Origin: Podarcis bocagei
Taxonomy: Eukaryota
DNA: 64,000 nucleotides
NCBI GenBank assembly: GCA_964188305.1
Contig: OZ076888.1
Direction: 5' to 3' (one strand)
The notes under the pieces are model-generated. The model was not told the origin of the DNA. It saw only the letters and a program-made list of their open reading frames with translations, and ran no database searches. Positions 47,155-58,325 of this stretch are shown piece after piece (the stretch's first letter is position 1; each line of letters begins with the position of its first letter). The translations under genes and the position numbers were made by a program.

Positions 47155-48518
47155 GTTTAAACTGATAGAGACTGAATCCTGCAACCTTACTTGAGAGATT
47201 TAGCCAACTTTTAAATGGCACGGTCAGGCCATAACACTTTCAAAGATCTGAAAAGCACCCTAGTTTAGTAGCAAAATGTATGCATTACAATAGGGATTGG
47301 GAAACTGAAGTCCACTACATGCTGTCTCCCATCAGCCTCAGCCAGTGGAACAAATGCTTAGGAGTATGACAAGTATCTGGAGTGCCGCAGGTTCCCCACC
47401 TGCTGCAAGGTATATGCTTTGCTACTGGACTGGTTCCTCTCCAGATGTGGCCACTGGGTATGTCCCAAGTCCCATTTACATGTCTCGAGTGCTATATCCA
47501 CTGCACTGTAGCAGAATGAGCCTTACATAAATCTTTCTTTGTATTAATTCTAGGGAAGTAAAAGTTGGCAGCTCATATATGTCTGCTTTTAGCAAGATAT
47601 ATGACAAATTGCATGAGTGCCATGATTAATGGTAGAATATTGTTGATAGACTAATTACCAGGATCATAATCGTTGAATGTTTGAAAACAAATAATTAAGT
47701 CACGAATCCATAAAACATTACTAATTATACTTAGCATGCTTTATGATTGTTCTAATACCTAGATTTATTATGGTGGTTAGATTTTCAATTGCTTCAACAT
47801 CTTGTTACATATGCACGTTGTTGATGTATTATTATTGTGATGCTTACGGCAAGAGTGGAGAGATTTCTTATGATGAATAAAATGTTATTTTAATTCTTAA
47901 AAACATACATACATTTTAGCCCACTATACAGACAAATAACAAATTAATGCTATTCGTAATATTGCTTTCTAAACTAGAAACCGGTTTCTTATGCATTTAA
48001 ATAAACTAGCATATTAAGATAAAATGCCACAGAGTTCACAGCTATAGCTTAATTAGACATTTATATTGCAATTTTAAGCCTGTGTGCTCAGAAGTAAAGA
48101 TTGCAGGCCTATAAATTTGCAATCATGAGCACATTTTGCCATGGAGAGATATATTAATAAGGTTGCAGTCACTCATTGATAATACCTGTGTTAAGGTATC
48201 ACCTTTGGGGAGATAATGTTTTTAGAGATACATACTATCATTGTCACTTAGTGCCCTGAGTACGCTTTATTGAATATATTTCAGGGTCAAATTGCCGATG
48301 TGTCATTTAAATCTCTTATTGGCTATCTATTGCTAATAGCTAGACTTGACACAGGAAAGACTTGGAATGGGCATCCTTATTAAAGTGGATTAAAAGTGCC
48401 AGATGGCTCTAATATAGAAATTGACCAACACAATGTGACTAGATAGAGGAAGAAAATAAAATCATAAACTTTTGCAGACATCCAGACTTTTTTGGTCTCT
48501 CCAGGCTAAATCATACTA

Positions 48519-49220
48519 CAGTGGTACCTTGTTACTTGAACGGCTTGGCTCCCAAACAAATTGTGCTGTCGAACGCTGCAAACTCAGAAGTAAATGTTCC
48601 GGTTTGCGAACGTTTTTCAGAAGACAAACATCTGACGCAGCTTCCGCTTGAGTGCAGGAAGCTCCTGCAGCCATTTGGAAGCCGTGTGTTAGGGAACTGC
48701 CATCGGCTCAGGGGCGAGAGGGGAAAAGCCGGATGGATTACAGAGAGCCCCCAAAGATCGTGGGAAGCAGCACCTCCTCAGCGGAGGAGAGTAACCACAC
48801 CTCCAGTGGAGAGGAGCTTCAGGGCTCAGAGGAGGCAAGGCAGTGCCAGGACACCTTGCCTGAGCAAAGCGGGGAGGAGAGAGGTCCTCCGTTACCCACG
48901 CCCTCCCTGCGCAGTAGGCTTCCGTGCCGAGAGGGGAGGCGCAGATTGGGTGTCAAGAAACTACTTTGCTGGGGAAGATTTAAGGACTGCCCATTCACAG
49001 ATTCTGCCAGTGAATGAGCGAGCCACGGAATAGTGGTGCTCTGCATGGTGAAGGGTTTTTGGCACCAATAACGAGGCTTTACAGCCGACCAGAAAGGCAT
49101 TTGCCTGATTGCTCTCGAGTAACCCCCTGATATCCTTACACCGTGCCTTGGTTTTTGAATGGTTTTGGGAGTCGAATGGATTCCCAGAATGGATTAAGTT
49201 TGAGTACCAAGGTACCACTG
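48519..49220. mobile_element. Tigger/pogo-like MITE split by a solo LTR
   Basis: TIR cagtggtaccttg/caaggtaccactg; TA on the left, TG on the right. Confidence 0.85.
48687..49140 (+). mobile_element. Solo LTR (454 bp, probably Gypsy)
   Basis: TGT...ACA ends (tgttagg/ccttaca); perfect 5-bp TSD ccgtg (48682-48686, 49141-49145). Confidence 0.88.
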
Positions 49221-49434
49221 TGTACACTTTACACTGCTGACTGTGTATTCTTAGGCTGTATTTTCACTGCATACTATGCTTTTTTTTTGTTAAGTGGGGG
49301 GTATTATTTTTAAATAAATAAATAAAGTTAATTTTTTAAAGGGTAATATCTTACGGTAGAAATAAGTGACTTGTTATATTTCAGGAATTTTTTAGCATGG
49401 TCACAGAACAGCAAGGTTCAGTGCTTATTTGTTT

Positions 49435-49848
49435 GTTGTTGTTGTTCAGTCGTTTAGTCGTGTCCGACTCTTCGTGACCCCATGGACCAGAGTACGCCAG
49501 GCTCTCCTGTCTTCCACTGCCTCCCGCAGTTTGGTCAGACTCATGTTTGTAGCTTCGAGAACACTGTCCAACCATCTCGTCCTCTGTCGTCCCCTTCTCC
49601 TTGTGCCCTCCATCTTTCCCAGCATCAAGGTCTTTTCCAGGGAGTCTTCTCTTCTCATGAGGTGGCCAAAGTATTGGAGCCTCAGCTTCACGATCTGTCC
49701 TTCCAGTGAGCACTCAGGGCTGATTTCCTTAAGAATGGATACATTTGATCTTCTTGCAGTCCATGGGACTCTCAAGAGTCTCCTCCAGCACCATAATTCA
49801 AAAGCATCAATTCTTCGGCAATCAGCCTTCTTTATGGTCCAGCTCTCA
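49435..49848 (-). mobile_element. BovB LINE, 5'-truncated 3' fragment
   Basis: Open frame ESWTIKKADCRRIDAFELWCWRRLLRVPW...HGVTKSRTRLND; (CAA)n tail; TSD cttatttgttt (49424-49434, 49849-49859). Confidence 0.95.
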
Positions 49849-50574
49849 CTTATTTGTTTACAAACATATGAAGTCAGACTATTCATCTGACAGTCCCAGT
49901 GATGGCTACTCTTGCTCCCCAGGGTCTCAGGGACCTCAGATCATTCTAACTGGAGATGCCAGTTACTGAACTTGAATATTTTGCATGCAAAGCATGTACT
50001 ATACAATAAATGTATAGTTCATTCCCAAACGACTTGCATTGGTCAATATGTTCTGATGTTATAGATCAGTGGTGCCCTTAGGACAGGTCCTTGGGGACAA
50101 AGGTCAGCATTTTGAAGGCATAGCACCAGCCAGGTGATAGGCACATTTTAAGTCTATATTGAGTTGCAAATGGACCTCAGAGAGGTTCCTTCTCAGTCCC
50201 TATTAGATTATCAGCTCTGCATGTTTAGAGGAGCTCCTAGCCACTGGTGGGCAATGAGAGGGTAGACCCTTTGAGCTCTGCAGATTTGAAGGGCCCCTCT
50301 CTCAGCACTCATCAGCTGATCAGCCTCATTGGCTGCATGAGGAGTTCCTGGTGGGCAGCTGATACCCACCATGCTTTTACCCATTCAGTACCTGACAGGT
50401 GCGTTGGTGAGTTGTTGGAGGTAATGGCCCAATGATGGCCCCACTACTGTTGTAGATAATACTGAATGAACCAGATGGACCAGTGGTATGACTCAGTATA
50501 AGGCAGCTTCCTGCAAACAAATTTATGTGAGTTTTTTTTTGGGGGGGGGGACCGGAGCTAAATAAAACTATCAT

Positions 50575-50732
50575 GGTCAGAGGCAGTGTACCTCTGAATA
50601 CTTGATGCTGAGGACAAAGAACAGCAAAACGACTGCTGATATCATAACCAGCTTATGAGCTTCCCTGAAGCCTTTCTCTCGCCACAGTTGGACACTGGGA
50701 GTCTGATCCAACAGGTCTATGTTTATGTTCTC
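50575..50732 (+). mobile_element. CR1 3' UTR remnant
   Basis: gaggcagtgtacctctgaatac...ctgatccaacagg..ttatgttct, homologous to 17340-17524. Confidence 0.6.
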
Positions 50733-53226
50733 TTGCAATACCCTTTTGCTAATGGTTAGACAGATTTTAGGTGTTCAGAGCTAACTCTTTAATCACTTTT
50801 AGTGAGATTTTAATGTAAGCTTCTTCTCCTGGTTTTATTATTGACGTGTGTGTATGTGTGTGTGTGTGTGTTTGTTTGTTTAAACCATAAAGTTGTTTAA
50901 AGAATGGGAAGGGCTAAACATAATAAATATTTAGAGAAAATTGATTATTATTAATTACCTTACACACATACACACACACAAATAATAATGATAAAAAGAG
51001 GAAGTTAAGAACAAAACAAAAACCAACAAAATGTGAATTCTTTTAAACAATACAAAAAGGACACCCATGACAGACAGTACAAACACAGCTTTCAATTGGC
51101 AGTATAACTAAGCAAACAATTTCCCGCTTCCTTGCATTTTGATAATGCTCAGTGTTTAAGAACTTGGTATGAGTCTTCTACGTTAAACTGCTCCTACATT
51201 CTGACCACTGGGTGCCACCATTGCTCCAGTGGAGCAACAAAAAAATATGTCACACATTGATTAGGGAGATGCTTTAGTTAGGTTTTCAAGGCCTGGTGTT
51301 TTTTATACTGATATGTTGCCATTCTGAGCACTCCCCACTAAATCAACTATGTTCAGTTCACTGGGGACTAACAATTTCTCTTTCCAGAAATATTTCTAAT
51401 TATTATTATTATTATTGATGTTATTATTATCATTGGTAACTTTAAGATCATTCTGTAGCTGTTATTCAATGTCACAGTGGCACTGTGAAGATAATATTTG
51501 CTTTTGACTTTTCAGAAATGCAGGCTGAGATATACCGATGGTGATGATTTTGCCAATCTTCTGTCCGGATTTTCACTTTTGGAAATATGGCAACCCTATT
51601 TAATCCAACCCAGGGGGGGGGGGACCTAGGACATTATGAGTCATCAAGCCTTGACATTCACTAGTATACTTATAGCCTGTGCACCTTTGCCAACTTTAGC
51701 AGTGCCAGGGATATTTCCCAAATTAAAACAAAGCAGGTCATAGCTTGATGAAGTTGTGAGTCAGATGTACCTGACAAACTCTAGTGTACATTTCTAACAG
51801 CATAGTATGCACATGCTGGAGCCATGTTAATCTGAAGTGCTATAAGAAGCATAGTTGGCATAGCTTGTTCAGTGGCAGAGGTACATTCATGTACATCCCA
51901 CCTTTTAAAAAGAGTCATTCTTTTCCCCTGCCTCAGTTAAAGGATGAGCATGTGGAGGGCTGCTTTAGGAGATGCTCTTATTCTCTTGAGTCCTGGCGTT
52001 GAGAGGCACTTGAAAAATTACATAAAGGAAAGACAAGCAGGTTAGATTTCTGGACAATAAAGAAGTTGGCAGCACTTGGCTCAAACAGTAGCTTTGGGCC
52101 CTTATCTGAGGACACCAGACCTTTTCCTTCCCGGTTTGTGCAACAAAGATCCTTGACAGGTGTATTTCCAAGCAGTTTAACACAAAACAGTCTATGTGGT
52201 TTCATTTGCTTTTGGAGAAATGAAAAGAACCGTGGCCTCAGCATACCATTTATTTGTGTGAAAATCAAACAACACTGATTCAGTGCAGATTTGATTATCT
52301 TGAACATGAAACTGTCTGTTGAGATTGTTGAGATGACACCAAATTGGACTTAGAAATGTGCCACTTTTACACAAGCCGGATGCAAACAGCTGGAGCATAA
52401 TAACAGGGAGAGAACTCTGACAATAGTCAAGGACCACTCACAGAATGTTACATAAACAGGGTGAATTGGGCAGGCTTTTCTTTGGAAGGAACAAGGAAGG
52501 CAGATCCTTCTGCTTTGCTGTGATGAAAGGTTCTCTGATAAACAGTGTATGGACACCCATTCGATCAGCTTCAGCAGAAGCTGGCAGGCAGAGTCGCTGC
52601 ACAGCGCTTTAGCAAGGACACAGAGCTGGAGAAACCCTTCTGCTAACTACACCATAGAGAAGTGGCTCAGGCAGAACTTCTTATGGTTTAATTATCTGTG
52701 AAAAATCATGAGGTGAATAACAACATTCACTGTATTACAGACTCTGCATTTTATCATAGACCAACCTGAGTAGTGTATTGATACAATAAATCCTAGATTC
52801 TAAACTTTTCCGGGGAAATGCAGAATTTGTGAAATTCTGCCAGCTAGTGAATGTCGAGGGTTTGGTACATGTTGGGCCCATGGATAAAAGGGGATGGATG
52901 GTGGCAGAAGGTGAAAAGGAGGTTCTGTATGGCAGACAGTAAATGCTAGAAATAATAAACCTTAAATGGGACCACAGTGTGCCACAGTGCTACTTCTCGT
53001 AGGCTTAAAGGGCAGAGAGGGACATAAATTGGCTTTGGGAAGAAAATCCAGAACACCACAAGGGAGACAGGAGGGGAGATTGTTCTGTCTGGAAATTAAA
53101 AAAATGCTTTCAGTGATGAAATGATTGCCTTAATGCAACATTAAATTCCACCCATTGTGTCTAGTAAATGTAAGAAAACAACATGGTTCTTTAGCCCCAA
53201 AGAAGACCCAAGTAATGACTAGAGTA

Positions 53227-53461
53227 CAGTGGTACCTCGGGTTAAGTACTTAATTCGTTCTGGAGGTCCGTTCTTAACCTGAAACTGTTACCTGAAGCAC
53301 TTTAGCTAATGGGGCCTCCTGCTGCTGCTGTGCTGCTGGAGCACGATTTCTGTTCTCATCCTGAAGCAAAGTTCTTCACCCGAGGTACTATTTCTGGGTT
53401 AGCAGCGTCTGTAACCTGAAGCGTATGTAACCTGAAGCGTATGTAACCTGAGGTACCATTG
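53227..53461. mobile_element. Tigger/pogo-like MITE, family C
   Basis: TA TSD; collinear with 31673-31898, with one extra gtaacctgaagcgtat unit. Confidence 0.92.
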
Positions 53462-53556
53462 TACTGATTTCAAAAGTCTGGAATTAATGTCGTTCCTCTC
53501 AGCACTGGATTCAGGAAACTTCATTTTTGCAGACTGTTATTCAAAAGACAGTCTGA

Positions 53557-53652
53557 AGGCTTCCTGTAGGCCTCTGGCTGGCCCTTGGGACAACAGAGTG
53601 ATGAATTAGATGGGCCTTTGGCCTGATCCGACAGGGCTTTATATGTTCTTAA
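53557..53652 (+). mobile_element. CR1 3' UTR tip
   Basis: tagatgggcctttggcctgatccgacagggc..tatgttctta. Confidence 0.6.
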
Positions 53653-53904
53653 GTATGTTATTAAGCACGAGAAGGAGGGATGGCCCAAGACATCTCACTG
53701 CTCCAGTAGCTGTACTTCACAACACAACAGGTGCACCCTAGGATTCCTTGCAATGCAGTAGAAAATGCCAGAACACTCTTGGGATTTCATGCTACACTGC
53801 TGGCAGCTGTAAAAACAGCTCAAGTGACCACTTAATTGCAAATGCAGTTAGAGTGGCCCTTTGGAAAGGATTCAGAAAGTAGCTTTAAAAACAAATCCCA
53901 TTAG

Positions 53905-54698
53905 GATGTTTCCAGACTAACTGCTGAGACTGAATGTTGAAAAGACAGAGGTGTTATGTATGTCCGGGAGGTAGGGCCTGTCTTGGATGGGCTTGGACTT
54001 CCCTGGAATAAGCATGTCCACAGTTTGGATTCAGCACTGGAGTCTTAGTGTGTCCTTTTCTGGCTGCACCAGGTTTGCCAGCCACAGCCCCTTTTGACTA
54101 CTGAACTCCAAGTTCTGGTAACTTCCAGGTTGGATTATTGCAATGTGTTCTGTGTAGGGCTGACCTTGAAGATGACTTGGAAACTTCAACTGGTCCAAAA
54201 TGCAGTAACCAGATTACTGGCTGGGACCCCATTTAGATAACATATAACTCCTGTTTTCAAATAGATGCATTGGTTTCCAGTTTGTTTCTTGTCCCAAATC
54301 AAGGTGCTCCCATTAGTGCTTAAAGCCCTAAATGATCCAAGCTTCAAATATCTGAAATACCACCTCCTTGGGTGCTAAATTCCAGAGAGGGTGCCCTCTT
54401 GGTGGTTTCACTGCCCTCAACAACTCGAGGATGGGGGTGGCCTGGTTTAGGACATTCTGTATGGCAGCCCCTAAGTTGTTGAACTCTCTGCCCTCGTAGG
54501 TTCTTCTGGAAACTTCATTACAGAGTTTTCAGTTACTACTGAAGATGCATCTCTCTATACCCTGGCCTTTGACAACTGGGATGTATATTTTCAGGACCCA
54601 CAATTAGAAAATACATGCACTAAAAATAGGGTAAGTTTTAAAAACTGTTTTAAACTGTATTTTAGGTGAGACCTTGGGGTGAAGGGCAGGTAATAAAT
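53905..54698 (+). mobile_element. Old L2 LINE 3' fragment
   Basis: LRLNVEKTEVL, TSRLDYCNVFCVGLTLKMTWKLQLVQNA, decayed relative to the 58-61 kb copy. Confidence 0.85.
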
Positions 54699-55158
54699 GA
54701 AGATGGTGATGTGGGATTCAATCACAAACCAGCAAATTCAGGTTGCCCAATTCACATTAATTTGGAGCTCATGTGCAATAAACCCACAGAGATTGGATTT
54801 TTTGCAGCTGGGAAATGAGTGTAAAACACACACACACAAGCACTGGGAAGTGTGTGAAAACATTTGCTTCATGCAACACCAGCTAACCTACCTGTCAACA
54901 AATCAAAATGAATGCTAATTAAATAGTCAAAGTCCTCTAAGCTCCCTGTAAACAAATCATAATGAATGTTCAATAAATAGCCAACATTGTCTAATATCTC
55001 CCTGCAAACAAATCAGGATGAATGCTAAAAAAAAAACCCCAGCAGGTTGTCTGGAAATGAGCTGGGTATGTTTAGTGTAAAGGCAACCACAAACAACAAG
55101 AATGAGAAGAACAGAATATTCAGTAGGTGGGATGTGATTATAGTTTGAAATGTTAAAA

Positions 55159-55202
55159 AAAGGAAAGGAAAGGAAAGGAAAGGAAAGGAAAGGAAAGGAA
55201 AG
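55159..55202. repeat. (GGAAA)n microsatellite
   Basis: Seen directly. Confidence 0.95.
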
Positions 55203-55467
55203 GGAAAGACTGGTTCATTCTGCCCTCCAGGGATGCACAGGGAGAAATTGACTTAAATTACATGAATGGCAATATAGCCAGGTTCAGATATAAGAATCTT
55301 TCTTTATGATGGGCAATCTTTTTAAAAAAGGAAGGAGAGATTCTAGGAAAACAGCAGGTCAGTCAGTTTGCCTCCAATACCAGAAAAGATTCTACATGAT
55401 TAGAAAGCAGTTAGTCTGTAAGCTTCTTCATAAAAGCTAGCACATATTGCTCAAGAATAAATCTCAC

Positions 55468-55513
<46 letters not shown>
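55468..55513. repeat. (TAT)n microsatellite
   Basis: Seen directly. Confidence 0.95.
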
Positions 55514-55517
<4 letters not shown>

Positions 55518-55837
55518 GTGGGAATACTGTGCATAATAATAACAATACCTATATTAATGTGGGTAACTGCTCAATATTTGGGGGTGGACAAATTTTGCCA
55601 TCATTCAGGGTGACTTATTATCAAAGTCTGCCCCTTCTACCATGGACAGCAGCCCTAAGTTGAAACAAAGCAAATAATTGGTCTTAGCAGATCACTTTCT
55701 TTTCATCCAGCATATCATATAACTGAGTGCAAAATACTGTTTGGTGTTCAATCTATAAGTCAGTATTCAACAGTATTATTAAAAAGATTCATATGTCTGG
55801 GACAATCCCATTAAAAAAAAAAGCTTTGAGGTTTGAT

Positions 55838-55840
<3 letters not shown>

Positions 55841-55899
<59 letters not shown>
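55841..55899. repeat. (CT)n(CA)n compound microsatellite
   Basis: Seen directly. Confidence 0.95.
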
Positions 55900-55901
<2 letters not shown>

Positions 55902-58325
55902 CTGCCTGTGCCTAGGCCTAGTCCAGCCTTCCCCATCCTAGCACTCTCAAGATGTTCTGGACTACAACTGTTACCTTGGAAAAGATTAGCTGGAGACGTT
56001 ATAACAGTGCCAGGGAAGCTGTAACTATCTGTCATGCTGGCTGGGGCTGATAAGAGTTAGTGTCCAAAAAAATCTGGATGGTCACATGTTCCTCAGCCCA
56101 CAGTCTTCTCAGCCAGTAACAGTCCAAACAGCTCAAGTCAAACCCTCACTTGCCAGCTCCTTTGCTGATAGCTGTTAATGCAGTTCCATTAGTACAGCAA
56201 TCAGTGTGAGTCCACCCCATCCTTGTTGCCACTGCTACATCTCTGTGTCCCCTTAACAGCGCTAAAACACAGCAACATCTGTTCTGTTAGGCACACATGT
56301 TCCTTCCTTCCTGCTTGCTATACCCAGAGACAGCAGAAATCCTCTATAGAGGCTTCATGTGGAACATACTCTCTGGCCTGTGATTCTAAGGCTAAGTCCT
56401 GCCACCACATGATTTGAAGTAGAAGCATGTTTTCTCCCTTGACATGAACACACACCTTACAGAAAATCTCTCTTAATAGGTACAGTGTAATGCTTCAGAC
56501 TTTTCTGGTCAATAATTTTTGTTTGAACAGAATAGATTTCTGTCTGTGAGATTCTTATTTTTCTCATTAAAAGCTGTAAGATAGTAGAACTGTGTAGGAT
56601 CCTGGGATGACTCTTGAACCTTATTGAATTCAGTGGGATTTACTTCCAAGTAAACTTGAATAGGATCAAGCTCAAAGTGGTTCACAGTCTGGGGATCAAC
56701 TGACTATCTTATTGCAATGTAATGCTCACTGGAGAAAATGAGAATTGTGTGATTAGATGTACCATCCAAATTAAATAGCCATTCCATATATAGTTTTCTG
56801 CAAGAATTAATAAGTTGCAGTAACGCATACAAACGCACACAAAAGAACTAAGGATTCTAAGACAGATTGCTGGTTAAACCTCCGAATGATCACTCATGTC
56901 AAGATACAAAAGCAATTTCATTCCTTTAAAATGATATGATTCAAAATGTCAGCTTTTGGATAAATGAACTAGATCAGCCATTCAAAATGAGCTGTATTAT
57001 TTAAGAGGGATTTGCAGTGACACTGAAAGCTCCACTTTTATACCATGCCATCTAGGTTTTTGGTATTTTACAAATTTAAATTGCTTCATTTAAAAAGGGA
57101 CAAACTCTTGGATTTGTGATTTAAGCCTTGTGCGCTCGGCACAATGGTATCTCTGCAAATGATGAGGGAGTTCCTTGCTTCATCCAGCACAAATATCAAG
57201 AGAACCTGTCCTGCTATGTTAGTGGAAATATTTTAATTTCAGGGAGCAGAGGGAACTGTAAGAAGAAACTCATAAAAATATACCTATTGATCCCAACTGT
57301 CAATTTAAGCCAATGAGTGCCTGCTAATATCTCTGTCATCAGAGCCTGAATACTGGAGCTCAGATATAAAGTGAAGCACCCATAAGACTTATTCACATGC
57401 CAAAGCAATATGCTTCTCTGCACTTTTTTCTTATATTCTATGGTACTTTTTGTTGAGAAATGCAATAATTTTCAGTGAGGTATCTATTTCTCTATAATAG
57501 TGAATTCATAGGAGACTTTCCCCAAATATTGTTGCTGCACACATCATGCTGAAACTACAGCAGTAGTCTGCCTAGTCGGTAGAAGGAAGTGGGTAAGGGG
57601 TAGAGGAGGAAATTATATCCACCTGCCTGCTTTCTTGGCTGAACAGCTAGGTCATGCAATTCCAGCTTCTTTTAAATGAGTGTGTGCAGCTGTAGCTGCT
57701 GGATTGGTGTGGAGAACTGCCTGTGTACAGCATCAATGTGTGCACTCAGTTCCCTATCTAGCTTTCAGCCCTTGACTGTGGGTAGCAGTCTGCTCTGAAC
57801 CAGAAACCCAGAACCGCAGGACCAGCCAATAGTTCAGAAACAAAAAATGACCCAGAACAGAAAAACAGACCAGAGCTCAGGATAACCATTTGGGTTAAGC
57901 AAGGTTCAATTAGAACAGAAAGCCTTCTTCTGCCTCTTCCTGTCCAGGAGGATTCAATGGGCAGAGTCGATCCATGGCTTTATAGTACTATATTTCACTA
58001 AGATGCTATATCACCTGTAGCTCCAACATTTGCCTCATGGGAAAACTGCATACAGACCCAGCAGTTCCAGACACCAGCATGGGAGATACACCCACAAACC
58101 AGTAAAAAGGTTCCTTGCTAATGTTGTGCTCAGAGGCTTGAGAATCTTAGAAATAAGAATCTGTTATTAGATAACAGGTTTATTTTAGAATTCCTTGCTT
58201 GCTCACAGCTACATGCAGACTAGTGCTTTAAGAATTCTGTTTCCACTGATCTGCTTACTGGTGAATCTATGCTTAGCCCAGAGATCCTGGTCAAGATCAA
58301 ATAATGGATCTGCTGGAATCACTTC

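Noticed and set aside
51472-51488. Inverted RSS-like heptamers cacagtg/cactgtg (also 32253-32291 and ~52973-52990)
   Set aside because: No nonamer seen at 12/23 spacing and no V/J segments; 32253-32291 looks like the centre of an old palindromic MITE
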